From: Podarcis gaigeae
Lineage: Eukaryota
DNA length: 64,000 bases
NCBI GenBank assembly: GCA_964106915.2
Contig: OZ066914.1
Direction: 5' to 3' (one strand)
Below are positions 54,382 through 63,944 of the stretch, in pieces; within the stretch, counting starts at the first letter, position 1, and each line of letters opens with the position of its first letter. The position numbers and the translations under genes were made by a program. Under the pieces are notes generated by a model. It saw only the letters and a program-made list of their open reading frames with translations, searched no databases and had not been told where the DNA came from.

Positions 54382-56022
54382 TTTATTTATTATTTTATTT
54401 ATTACATTTATACATCACCCTTTTCTTCTAAGTAGCTCAAGGTGCTATACACAGTTCTCCTCCCCATTTCACCCTCACAACCCTGTGAGGTATGTTAGGC
54501 CAGACATAGGCAAACTTGGCCCTCCAGATGCTTTGGGACTACAATTCCCATCATCTCTGACCACTGGTCCTGTTAGCTAGGGATGGTGGGAGTTGTAGTC
54601 CCAAAACATCTGGAGGGCCGAGTTTGCCTATGCCTCAGTTAGGCTAAGTGATGATGACTGGCCCAAGTCACCCAGTGAGCTTCATGGCTAAGTAGGGATT
54701 TGAACTCTGCTCTCCCAGGTCCTAGTCCAACACTCTAACCACTACATCACACTGGCTCTCAATGTGAAACCTTTCCCTTGCTCGCTGTTTCTTCACTCCA
54801 AGGTGTGTCCACAAAGCACTTTTCTCCCTGCGATGCTCCGGGTGTGTGTTTATTCATAAAAGAAGCTCCATTGTTTGGAACTGTGCAGAGAAGCAACTTG
54901 GGGCAGATTATCACACACACACACCCCAAAGGAAAAGTAGGTTGCCCTGTGTTCCACAAGCTACTAGTTTAGACTGTCATACTTGCACCTCTTGGCTACA
55001 AGATTGTGAAAGATTCACATTATTATATCTCATGCTTATATTTGTGATACTGTTTTAGCTTTTGATGATGCTCACACATATATAGGACTATTTGTGACCT
55101 ATACCCAAAGCAGCAGAACAGAAGCCTAAGTTTCTTATATGCATCCAATTAATAAAGACCATGTTTCAGGTCAACTCCAATGAAAATGCTGCTAACGCAA
55201 TACAGGAAGCCTATAATGTGCAATAACTTTAAGGGTTGGGTAATATCTGGCAAGCTTTTACTTAGTGCACTAACTCCAGCAACCCCACAGGAGCAAGCAA
55301 AGCAGCAGGCAAAGGCTCCCACCCCTATCCATGCCTCTGAAACTGCAGTGGAAGAGTTGACCACCAAAGCCAAAGCCCCATAATAATGGGAGCTGGGGCA
55401 GTTTCTGGAGACAGACTCGCATTTTACCATCCTCAGTTATTCCTTCCCTGCATCTTCTTTAACTTACAGGAGGCCCTGGAGGTCCTGGGCTGCCATCTCG
55501 ACCTGGCACTCCAGGGAGGCCAGGGGGCCCTGGAAGGTCACTGCCATCCGTCCCAATTCTTCCAGGTTGTCCTGGCAAGCCAGGTACACCAGGTGGTCCT
55601 GGGGGCCCGGGTTGTCCTCTGGGGCCCTGAAACACAGGATTCAAAATCAGGTGTGAACATATAATATAAGAGAGCATTTGTGGTGCAAGTTAACTTCTGA
55701 GGAGCATGCCATACACCACCTCCCCAGAAGAAATCCTTCTGAAGGCAGCACCTGTTCATACTGCTTTTTGGTACTTACACGTAAGGTTTCCAAATCCCCT
55801 CCAAAACCAGAGCCTTCCATATCGATAAATGTCTGGAAGAAAAGTACACTGTTCTATAAGCGCACCAATAAGAAATGCTACTGGGGTAAAGAATTGCACA
55901 ACTCAGGCCTAACTCTGGCTTCCTTGCTGTGAGTTTAACAGTATAAGGAGTTAAGTTTACCCCGAATGAGAGAGTCAGACTCAAGACATTGTGAAGGGTG
56001 TTCTAATAATTGAGAAAGAAAA

Positions 56023-56070
<48 letters not shown>

Positions 56071-59000
56071 ATTGCCTAGTATTTACTTTTTCATTTATTA
56101 TTCAATTGTTCAGCCTACAGCACTTCTTACAATAAAACGTAACAGTGGTAAAAGCAGTGCGATATTTAAGAGCAAAACAGATCATAAATACAGCAACAAA
56201 TACAGAATGAAAAATAAACTCTTAAAAGGTCTGGGTAAATAAAATGATTTTTACTGGATGTTAAAAAAAACATGCTAAGAAACTTAATGCATACAATAAA
56301 AAAATTATGCCACACACAGACTTGTTAATTTTTTTAATGGAAGAGTGGTTTATAAATATTTAAATAAAGGAAGAGAGAGGGAAGGGTGAAATGTGGCTTC
56401 AGAGGAAAGCAAACAACTACACCAGACAGCTTCAACCAGAGGGGGCAGTGACAAGGAGAACAGCTTCTTCCCATGCAGTTATTGTGGGTATCTGGGACTC
56501 ACCAACTTGTCCAGTTTTGAACTGAATCCTGGTTGCCCAGGTGGTCCTGGTGGCCCAGGAGAACCTCTTGGGCCGATGCCTGCATCACCCTAGGTGAAAA
56601 GAGGAAATGACAGAGCTAGGAGCATTGGCCACACTTTCGCAGCAAAGCAGCCACAAATGAAATCTGCTCAGAAAACACCAATGGCTGCTGAACTTGAGAG
56701 TTCAATGATACCAGAATATGCCCATGTGACGGAAGCTCATACCTTTTCACCTTTCTGGCCAGGCTCTCCCGGCGTCCCAGGGAATCCTTGAGGGCCAACA
56801 TCACCCTGCAAAGGAAATAAGTCAGGGAAGTGATGGCGTCTGGGTGATCCCAGAAGAGCCACAGAGAAGCATCTAAAACATGTTTATAAACACACACACA
56901 CACACACAGTTGCACATCATACCTCAGTTCACACACCACACAAGGTTACAAGCTTGGTTACAAGCTCATGATTAATCTATAGAAAACCACAAGCCCAGGT
57001 TCAAATGATGCACTTGGCTAACTCAGCACATCACAGCTGCAGATAGGTTTGTGGAGGAAGAACGCAGCTGCAAGCTCCTTCCCAATTTGGTTTAGAGTGA
57101 CATGCAAACCAGACCACTGTGCAAGGCAGCTGAAAGTCACTCCAAGGTGAAGTGCCTTCTGATGAACAGCACCTGCCACCCGGGCTCTACATTAAGAAAA
57201 TCTGTTTAAGATTATAGATTATAGAATAGTAGAATTGCAGAGTTGGAAGGGACCCTGAGGGTCATCTAGTCCAACCCCCTGCAATGCAGGAATCTCAGCT
57301 AAGCAACCATGACAGATGATAAAACCAAGTTCCTGTTAAGAAGCAGTACACACACCATGCATGCTGGGGGCTTAGTTTACAATGTTCTAACTATTTTGAC
57401 GTCTCATAAACAAACATTTGTGACAAAATACCAGACACAGACATGCTTGAAAGTGATGCATTAAAGTATTTCTATAAAATATTAATACATTTAAAACATT
57501 TTATTTTAAAAAATATTTTTGTTTCATTTTCATTTATTATTATTATTTTTAAACTATGATCAGGTTGTTTACTGTTATGTTTACTGTTACTGTTACACAG
57601 CACTTTGTCTCCACTAAAAAATTAAAAACCCCAAACAGGGATTTCAAAGTTCAGGAAAGGGAAACTCCAAGAACTGTAATTATTTTCTATACTCCTAAAA
57701 TAGGCAAGAGAAGAAAGAAACTACTTTTTTATGGAAAGCACTAAAGTTAAATCTATTTCCCTACAACTATACCAGTTAAGGAATTTATCTTGAAAAGTTG
57801 AGGGACAAAAGAGCAGAACTTACTGGTTTACCATCCTCACCAGGATCTCCCTAGTAAGAATAAAACATAGGAGGTTAGCAAATGCCAGACATTTTCTACA
57901 AAGTTGTAATTCAGCAGCTATCATTTCAAGCTGCCCTAAGTCCCGGGCCTACTTTTCTTGGTACCTCTTCAGCACTTACAAAGCAATTGGGTTGAGACAG
58001 CTGCTGGGAAAGGCAAGCCTAAAGCCATAAACACTCCATGAAAAACAGGAAAAATCCCTCTTGTCAGAACTTTCAAATGGTTTTAAAAATATACATGTAC
58101 ACTTGCCCTTCACCAGAAGGTCCCAGGGCAGGTTACAGTAAGAAAATATACAACTATAAAACAAATAAAAGATTTAGAACCATGAAAGAAGGAAGTGTAA
58201 AAGCAATTAAAAACAATTCAAACATTTAAAAATAATTCTGTATATAGAAACGGTTAAAAAATAGTTTACAGTACAAAGCAGACTGCAGGCTATGAAAATC
58301 TCCACTTAAAGGGCTTGTTGAAAGAGAAAGGTTGCTGAAGAAGGAAGCAAACAATGGGCAAAGTGAGCCACTGTAATATGGTTGGGAATGAGGAAGGAAT
58401 TATTTGAGGCGGCTCTGATAAGGTAGTAAAAAGACATTTTTTAAAGGAAACTAACCATGGAAGGCAATGATCACACAACCACATACAGGAGGAACAGAGT
58501 ATACAATCAAAAAAGCAGGAGAAAATTTCCCTAAAGAGAAGACATTATGCAGAAAACAAACTCAATAATGTGTGAAAGACTGATGGCTAATTTCATTACT
58601 AGTAGGGACTACATAGATGAGAATTACTTACATTTTGAAATCTCCAATAAAAAAATACGATCTGGGAGTCTGGTACAGGGGATCTCACCTGCAGCTCTAG
58701 AGGTGTTTTATAAGTTGGCCGTACACCAGCAGTTTAGGCACTTGCTGCTTTCACAGATCACAGTAAATCAAAGTTTACTATGTTTACTATGAAATGCAGT
58801 TGGTTCCTGCTTCACTCCTCCCCTTACATGAACAAGAGCAACAAATCACAGTCCCTGTTTTTGTGATACATCTCCGCTGGGTATTGTGGCTTGTTTTGCT
58901 CCAGCCCATGAAGTCAAGGTTTGTTCTTGGCTTACCAATCATTATTTGTTTGAGTGAAACAAGTTACAATCCTAATCTGAACATGACACTAGGACAGGAA

Positions 59001-61687
59001 TTGCGGTTTGTTGCTTCTGCTCATATTACAGAAAGAGCAAGGAAGGTGCCATCGTCTGGTAAACCATTAACTGGTAGTTTAACTACCAATAAACTATGGT
59101 TTACTGTGACGTGTTGACTGGGCCGTTATTTTAACAGCAAGGATTCAAAGACTGCAAGTGGTTTGCATAGCTGAAGAACCCCTTTTCCTCCTTAACACAA
59201 ACCCTGCACTTGAAACCAGACATGACCTTTAAAAAGAGTTTACTTACAGGCTCTCCGTCCTTGCCAGGCAAGCCATCTTTCCCAGGCAGCCCTGGTGGCC
59301 CCAGGGGTCCTGGAGGCCCAGCAACCTGCTCCACCACAGAACCGTCAGGGCGCTGCACGATGGTCCCAGGAGGGCCTGGGGGCCCAGCAGGGCCAGGAGA
59401 CCCTTGGTCACCAGGCTCCCCTTTCTGTCCTTTTGCGCCTGGATATCCGAAGCCGGCATTTCCCTAGACATGGTTGAGGGAGAGGGAGAGATGGAAAATG
59501 AAAGCAATCAGATACTATTCCTGTCATGTACTGAAGTTCTCACCCTGGGCCAGCAGGGGGATACTGTAGTGTAGATAGTTCAGGTCCACATATGCAAATA
59601 AGGGATCGAAAGTGACGTTCAGTGATTGGATAGTTACAGAATGTTGTTACAGTTACGTTGTACTGGAGCTCTATATAAGCAGGCTAGCTGAACCCTTGAG
59701 TTCAGTTCTGTTCTGGCCTGTGAATAAACAAGAGCTGTTTGAAGAATCGCTTTGTCGTCTGATACGTTCACCCACACAACTTAACAATTCCCTCATGAGA
59801 ATATAGAAGTGGGCATCTGGCAGATGTGACCCCCTTTACTACCAAGGCCTTCCTGCTTTCCTCTCTTAAAAGTATTTCTCGGCTGGTATCCATGTGCATT
59901 TTTTCTTTGCCTTCCTTTATTCCAGCCACAAATCCCTATCCTCTTCAAAATAATTGCTACTGGCAAGCTCAACACCAGCAGTGCTGTAGATAAGGAGGTA
60001 TATTTGGAGCAAGGAAATATCCTCCCATGGCACACAATTGCCATATTGCAAATACAGATAGCCATAGCACATACAGTTATGCACACCAACAGAGAAAAGC
60101 AACACATGTCATTTTCAAGGAAAGATGAACAGGAAGTCTGATATTAATTACTGCCAAGTGCCCAGGGTCACACCCTTTCTGCCCACATGGGGCCGGTCCA
60201 GATGCTGCTTCACCATCCTGTCCAACCACCACCTTGGGTGGCAAGTGAACAAAACAGCTGCAGCACAGCTCCTTAAAGGGGCCCCGGATGTGAGCGACAG
60301 GGTGAGCTGCAGTTCCATCTCCATTCCTTGGTATCTTGCAAGAAGCCAAGGAACTCTCACAAAGGTGTGTTGGTTGCACACCATGTTCTAGAATAAGGCT
60401 GTGCATCAGCATCCTCTGTTAGTGCAGACATTACTGCATCAGAAACCACCACTCAGACCCCAAGGCACTATCTGGGCAATTGCTCATTTGGCACCACTGA
60501 GTGTTAAGAGACCAGATGGTGGTGATGATGATGATTTTATTTGTACCCCGACCATCTGACTGGGTTGCCACTCTGGGCAGCTTCCAACGTATATAAAAAA
60601 CATAATAAAACATTAAAAAGTTATATTCAGTAAAATATTTGGTCTGGAGTTATAACCAGTAAAATCTTAGGGATATTCACTATTTTACATAAATCTTAGG
60701 GGTGCATTACTGGAAGGATGTTGTTCTGTTACAGCTAGCATCCGTTTCAATCTCTGGCATGCCTGTCTGAACCCCTAGAGAGCCACTGCCAATCCATATA
60801 GACAATACCAAGCTAGATGGACCAGTGCTCTGACTGTGCAAGGCATAGTTGCCTATATTTCTATATGGATGAACTTCTAATTTACATTTAAAAATCCAAG
60901 TGAGACCTGCAACCAAGTGTTGCAATGATGAATGCTTCTGCTCAGGGTTTCAGCCAGCCATGCCCTCTTCAGGTCACTCCATTCCATTCCTGCTCTCCCC
61001 CTTGTTGTCAGTTCTCTCATACACAGCTAGAGCCCCATGGCTACTAAGCACATTCAGCTCCCAATGGGCTACTTTGGAGATTCACCCTTCTATGGTGCTG
61101 TTTTGGCTATATAACAATCTCCACTCTGAGAATGAGTTCCCTATTAGTGTATAGGATAGGTGGAATTCACCTAAATAAATTATCATCACATGAAACCACT
61201 TTTAAAAGCAAACAATGCAGCAGCTTGGCTCACCTTAACACCCAGCTCTCCTTTTTCTCCCTGCAAAAACAAACACAAGGCTTTTCAGTATAGCAAAACA
61301 TAGCAAAATGAGGTTGAATTCTCTGTTTTAGGAAACAAACACCCGTAGTCAAATCCAACTTCCTTTTGTGGCAAAGGAAATTAGTTCATGGGTCATTTCT
61401 TTGACAATGGATGAATTAATTGATACGTTTTTCATGAACAAACAACCCACACCTCGCGTCCCATAACTTTTCTACAAGACCTAAAGGCCCGCCCTGTGGA
61501 ACGCCCTCCCATCATATGTCAAAGCGATAAACAACTACCTGATATTCAGAAGACATCTTAAGGCAGCCCTGTTCAGGGAAGTTTTTAATGTGTGATATTT
61601 TAGTGTTTTTTTGGTTTCTATGGAAGCCACCCAGAGTGGCTGGGGAAACCCAGCCAGATGGTCAGGGTACAAATAAATTATTATTAA

Positions 61688-61732
<45 letters not shown>

Positions 61733-63944
61733 TAAAAAAGGAAAGTTCACAGTACAGGGTTGCAAGCAGCATCTCTTTCAAAAAGGGGGAGCATTAGTGT
61801 GTGATGAGCGTAAGAAGCCTCCTTCTTCCTGGTTCATACACTTCAATATTCACCTCTTACCACACTCTACAATCAGATAGGCTAGATTTTCCCCAGACTG
61901 GTGTCCTCCAAATATTTCAGGCTACAGTTCCATCAGCCTCAAGCAGTGCAGCTGTACTGGCTGGGGCTGATGGGAGTTGTAGTCCAAAACTTCTGGAGTG
62001 CACCAGGTTGAATAAAGCTAAAGTAGGCTTTGTGTCTTTCCACTGGACAAGCAATTAACACAAGAAAACTACTGTCCTCTGCACAGCTACTGTTCCAGAT
62101 TTATGTCTTCAGCATAAACATGACCGAAAGATGAAAGAAAGAGCAGAAAGGTGCTGGTGGTGGGAAATGATTTCACATATTGGCAGTAGCAGAATGTGAG
62201 CAGGTGCCATAATTTTGATTATCTCCGATCTTCATGGCAGTACCAGGACTCCTTGAGTTCCTTCCTTCCTGAAGGCTTTTGTTCTAAAAGTTAATGTTAC
62301 TCTCCCCTCCATCATCCACAACTCAGGGAGAAACACGGCAGGATGAGAATTACAGCAGACCTTCTCAAATTTGTTTACAAACCGACCAGATTTGGTGAAG
62401 AGTCACTTCACTGCACTTGCAAAAAAATAATAATCACATTTCGCCCCCACTTCATTCTGAAAGAGCAAAATGCTGCTCATCCCAGCCCAACAAGATGCTC
62501 AGAAACTCCAATCACAGTGACTTCTGCAACAATGAAGGCATCCGAGAGGAGGCAAAGCTCAAGGCAGGGAGTAAGTGATGTGAAAGAGGGTGATGGTGAG
62601 ACTCTATTCCTAAAAATAAAAATAAAAACTTTGTCCCTTTTGGATGATGAAAACAGGAAAGGAGTTCCACACGTAATCACATTACCTTTTCACCTTTAGC
62701 ACCATTTGTCGGCAGAACTCCACCAACACCAGAGTCCCCTTTTGTGCCACGTTCACCTTTTTCACCAGGGTCTCCTTTTTCTCCTTTGACTCCAACTATG
62801 ATGGAAACATAAAGATAAGCATGTGTAATTATCTGTTGTGAAGGTAATTCTGCATTTCTGCAAAAATGAAAGAATGAAAATCAAGACTCTTGGCATTCAG
62901 ATTCAACATGAAAACACTGTCAGACATTAGTGGATTTATAAAGAAAGGTCTTTTTCTTCTTTATAATTCTAATGGCCATGTCAAGAGTTCTTCTGGCAAA
63001 AGGGGTTGTTTGTTTTTAGTAGTATTATTACCTACTGACATGAATGACATTTATAAAAGTGTCCTCTTCATTAAATTAACTAAAATAACAACTATTGGTG
63101 CCTTTCTATACCCTCTCAACTTTAATCACAAGACCTGACCTTACAAAGCCCCAGTCTGAAAAATCATGGGTAGACATATTAATGGTAGACATATTCAGTG
63201 CATGCCTTGAGAACAGCATGTCTTTCATACTAGGGGTGATAGATGTGGCATAAAAAGCAGCTTCATTGGCATTCTCTCTGCTGTAGTTCAAAACCTGTTT
63301 CCTCATAGCTGCTCAACTGAAATTGCACGCTTGCATACCAATGAACTGAATGCTGATTCAGTTGACAAACATGCCCCAGCCCATGTTTCAAGGGGCATTG
63401 AAGTATGTGTTTGTCTATATATATAAATATATATATAAATTGCAGAACTGTTCCACAGGTGTGAAGTTGTGACCTTACAGGTACCAGGCAATCCGTGTCA
63501 TCCATAGCCAGTTCCATTAACATGAAAGTGGTTTGCTTATCAGTGCTAGAGAAGAAAGGTATGTTTCGGTTGTGTTCCGTAAGGATGCTTTCAAAATCAG
63601 TTCTGCTTTTGCATTTAAAAAAACTACATCTGGTTCACCCTAACTCCCGAGGCCTACATTTCTACTTGCTCTGAGCAAGCACCACAAACGTTTTTCCCCT
63701 GCCCAATGAGGAATGTGTGACATTCAAGGTTTTTCTTTTGAATAGTCAGAACTATAATGATTTTTTTTAAGGGACTGTTCCCAACGTTAGAAAAGCTAGG
63801 CTTACCTCCTGAAGACAATGGGGGGCCCTCTTCTAGTTTGGTTAATTCAGTTTGCAGGTGGAGTTTCTCTTCTGGCTGGGTGGGCTTTTTGGCAATTGGG
63901 GGAGAAGTGACAGGTGGTGGTTCTGGCAGACTTGAGAGTGATAC
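28055..63944 (-). CDS. COL18A1: Collagen alpha-1(XVIII) with endostatin; 38 coding exons visible (3405 nt, 1134 aa + stop), 5' end outside window
   Basis: Interrupted Gly-X-Y exons, DMEGSG glycosaminoglycan sites, trimerization domain, hinge and endostatin ([16 protein letters not shown]...VLCIENSFM). All junctions GT-AG and in phase; synteny with SLC19A1. Confidence 0.98.
28839..28954 (-). CDS. COL18A1: COL18A1 endostatin exon (DELLFNNW...RDSAW)
   Basis: 116 nt; [11 protein letters not shown]. Confidence 0.97.
29536..29733 (-). CDS. COL18A1: COL18A1 endostatin exon (LHLIALN...PIVNLR)
   Basis: 198 nt; [14 protein letters not shown]. Confidence 0.98.
30706..31023 (-). CDS. COL18A1: COL18A1 hinge exon (DNEVYDRP...HTHHDFQPA)
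   Basis: 318 nt; PWRGD motif and endostatin N-terminus. Confidence 0.95.
31472..31507 (-). CDS. COL18A1: COL18A1 exon ([12 protein letters not shown])
   Basis: 36 nt, cag|...|gtaagt. Confidence 0.88.
32114..32242 (-). CDS. COL18A1: COL18A1 trimerization-domain exon (LRILPTY...GFRRVL)
   Basis: 129 nt; HEVPEG..ELYIRVR.GFR motif. Confidence 0.96.
32848..32924 (-). CDS. COL18A1: COL18A1 exon (ISIPGPPG...SSSG), end of the last COL domain
   Basis: 77 nt, phase 1->0. Confidence 0.94.
33042..33195 (-). CDS. COL18A1: COL18A1 exon (GPKGDSIRG...SFPGPHRQ)
   Basis: 154 nt, phase 0->1. Confidence 0.95.
33918..34040 (-). CDS. COL18A1: COL18A1 exon ([10 protein letters not shown]...GYPGLP)
   Basis: 123 nt; RGD-containing exon. 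Confidence 0.95.
34837..34880 (-). CDS. COL18A1: COL18A1 exon ([15 protein letters not shown])
   Basis: 44 nt, phase 1->0, AAG acceptor. Confidence 0.9.
35343..35713 (-). mobile_element. Full-length Sauria SINE
   Basis: tRNA-like head with B box GGTTCGAATCC; (ACCTTT)n tail; perfect 14-bp TSD AACTTGACTAGATG (35329-35342, 35714-35727); CpG-rich. Confidence 0.93.
36146..36208 (-). CDS. COL18A1: COL18A1 exon ([21 protein letters not shown])
   Basis: 63 nt, phase 1->1. Confidence 0.93.
36680..36722 (-). CDS. COL18A1: COL18A1 exon ([14 protein letters not shown])
   Basis: 43 nt, phase 0->1. Confidence 0.92.
36865..36939 (-). CDS. COL18A1: COL18A1 exon (GPPGLPG...PIYDNN)
   Basis: 75 nt, GT-AG. 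Confidence 0.94.
37893..37967 (-). CDS. COL18A1: COL18A1 exon ([15 protein letters not shown]...GLR)
   Basis: 75 nt, GT-AG. Confidence 0.95.
38906..38959 (-). CDS. COL18A1: COL18A1 exon ([18 protein letters not shown])
   Basis: 54 nt, conserved GEIGFPGRP. Confidence 0.95.
39461..39496 (-). CDS. COL18A1: COL18A1 exon ([12 protein letters not shown])
   Basis: 36 nt, GT-AG. Confidence 0.92.
39907..39990. repeat. Degenerate (TATATAGTA)n AT-rich tandem repeat
   Basis: Direct reading. Confidence 0.85.
40617..40690. repeat. Compound (CT)n(CA)n microsatellite
   Basis: Direct reading. Confidence 0.95.
41174..41248 (-). CDS. COL18A1: COL18A1 exon ([14 protein letters not shown]...PKGEK)
   Basis: 75 nt, GT-AG. 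Confidence 0.93.
41915..42241 (+). mobile_element. CR1 3' end containing an inverted CR1 tail
   Basis: CR1 3' consensus ending cccttccaactctacaattctatgatt; inverted copy from 42086. Confidence 0.85.
42249..42311 (-). CDS. COL18A1: COL18A1 exon ([21 protein letters not shown])
   Basis: 63 nt, GT-AG. Confidence 0.93.
43000..43044. repeat. (CA)n microsatellite
   Basis: Direct reading. Confidence 0.95.
44332..44358 (-). CDS. COL18A1: COL18A1 exon (GKQGHAGFP)
   Basis: 27 nt, GT-AG. Confidence 0.9.
45510..45539 (-). CDS. COL18A1: COL18A1 exon ([10 protein letters not shown])
   Basis: 30 nt, tag|...|gtaagt. Confidence 0.88.
46840..46929 (-). CDS. COL18A1: COL18A1 exon ([12 protein letters not shown]...LPSDD)
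   Basis: 90 nt; rare GAG acceptor. Confidence 0.92.
46955..47672 (+). mobile_element. L2 LINE 3' fragment with (TAA)n tail, interrupted by a Tc1/mariner MITE
   Basis: Peptide [25 protein letters not shown] is split by the MITE. Confidence 0.8.
47040..47259. mobile_element. Tc1/mariner MITE (same family as 16169-16410, opposite orientation)
   Basis: CAGTGGTACCTCGGGTTA TIRs; TA TSD. Confidence 0.92.
47726..47760. repeat. (TTTG)n microsatellite
   Basis: Direct reading. Confidence 0.9.
47973..48008 (-). CDS. COL18A1: COL18A1 exon ([12 protein letters not shown])
   Basis: 36 nt, GT-AG. Confidence 0.93.
48670..48732 (-). CDS. COL18A1: COL18A1 exon ([21 protein letters not shown])
   Basis: 63 nt, GT-AG. 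Confidence 0.94.
48929..48973 (-). CDS. COL18A1: COL18A1 exon ([15 protein letters not shown])
   Basis: 45 nt, GT-AG. Confidence 0.93.
49229..49481. mobile_element. hAT MITE
   Basis: CAGGGGTAGGCAACCT...AGGTTGCTGACACCTG ends; 8-bp TSD CTTTTGAC/CTTTTGAA. Confidence 0.85.
49703..49867 (+). mobile_element. Penelope-like element terminal fragment (pLTR plus inverted segment)
   Basis: Flanking duplication CCTATACTAGTTC(AA) at 49690 and 49868; 49701-49732 is the inverse of 49804-49833; carries a hammerhead core. Confidence 0.8.
49739..49776 (+). ncRNA. Minimal type I hammerhead ribozyme motif (PLE-associated)
   Basis: GUAU-CUGAAGA-A-GUGUG(CAUG)CACAC-GAAA-GC-UC^-AUAC. Confidence 0.75.
50178..50204 (-). 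CDS. COL18A1: COL18A1 exon (GPPGLPGLK)
   Basis: 27 nt, GT-AG. Confidence 0.92.
50866..50937 (-). CDS. COL18A1: COL18A1 exon ([24 protein letters not shown]; glycosaminoglycan attachment site)
   Basis: 72 nt, DDMEGSG. Confidence 0.94.
51949..52115. mobile_element. Young hAT MITE nested in an older MITE
   Basis: TIR CAGTGGCGTA/TACGCCACTG; perfect 8-bp TSD GGCAAAAG; CpG retained. Confidence 0.9.
52418..52549 (-). CDS. COL18A1: COL18A1 exon (GSKGDAG...FGPGF)
   Basis: 132 nt, GT-AG. Confidence 0.95.
53904..53948 (-). CDS. COL18A1: COL18A1 exon ([15 protein letters not shown])
   Basis: 45 nt, GT-AG. Confidence 0.92.
54096..54158 (-). CDS. COL18A1: COL18A1 exon ([21 protein letters not shown])
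   Basis: 63 nt, GT-AG. Confidence 0.92.
54344..54380. repeat. (GT)n microsatellite
   Basis: Direct reading. Confidence 0.95.
54381..54760 (-). mobile_element. tRNA-derived MIR-like squamate SINE interrupted by a hAT MITE
   Basis: Minus head GAGAGCCAGTGTGATGTAGTGGTTAGAGTGTTGGACTAGG; B-box-like GAGTTCAAATCC; core CTGGGTGACTTGGGCCAGTCA. Confidence 0.8.
54501..54636. mobile_element. Palindromic hAT MITE
   Basis: Long TIRs CAGACATAGGCAAACTTGGCCCTCCAGATG; 8-bp TSD TGTTAGGC/AGTTAGGC; relatives at ~21170-21260, ~22530-22730 and ~61885-62020. Confidence 0.88.
55468..55626 (-). CDS. COL18A1: COL18A1 exon ([10 protein letters not shown]...PPGPP)
   Basis: 159 nt, GT-AG. Confidence 0.95.
55779..55832 (-). 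CDS. COL18A1: COL18A1 exon ([18 protein letters not shown]; glycosaminoglycan attachment site)
   Basis: 54 nt, conserved DMEGSG. Confidence 0.95.
56026..56068. repeat. (CT)n microsatellite
   Basis: Direct reading. Confidence 0.95.
56503..56589 (-). CDS. COL18A1: COL18A1 exon (GDAGIGPRG...SKLDKL)
   Basis: 87 nt, GT-AG. Confidence 0.94.
56743..56805 (-). CDS. COL18A1: COL18A1 exon ([21 protein letters not shown])
   Basis: 63 nt, GT-AG. Confidence 0.94.
57211..57320 (-). mobile_element. CR1 3' tail
   Basis: tagaat...gagttggaagggaccctgagggtcatctagtccaaccccctgcaatgcagg. Confidence 0.8.
57824..57850 (-). CDS. COL18A1: COL18A1 exon (GDPGEDGKP)
   Basis: 27 nt, GT-AG. Confidence 0.92.
59248..59463 (-). 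CDS. COL18A1: COL18A1 exon ([17 protein letters not shown]...GKDGEP)
   Basis: 216 nt, GT-AG. Confidence 0.95.
59522..59786 (+). mobile_element. Solo LTR (265 bp) of an LTR retrotransposon
   Basis: TG...CA ends; perfect 5-bp TSD ATTCC; TATA 59672-59678; AATAAA 59723-59728. Confidence 0.9.
61234..61260 (-). CDS. COL18A1: COL18A1 exon (GEKGELGVK)
   Basis: 27 nt, GT-AG. Confidence 0.88.
61480..61732 (+). mobile_element. L2-type LINE 3' end with (TAT)n tail
   Basis: ggaagccacccagagtggctggggaaacccagccagatgg tail; inverted relative at ~60520-60620. Confidence 0.75.
62686..62795 (-). CDS. COL18A1: COL18A1 exon ([16 protein letters not shown]...AKGEK)
   Basis: 110 nt, phase 1->0, Gly-X-Y. Confidence 0.9.
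63806..63944 (-). CDS. COL18A1: COL18A1 exon ([16 protein letters not shown]...LSSG)
   Basis: cccag|GTA; G|gtaagc; PPPVT motif of the N-terminal NC region; alternative acceptor possible at 63963. Confidence 0.8.

Noticed and set aside
63145-63155. 11-nt micro-exon-like ttttcag|ACTGGGGCTTT|gtaagg (minus)
   Set aside because: Would frameshift; neighbouring exons join in phase without it
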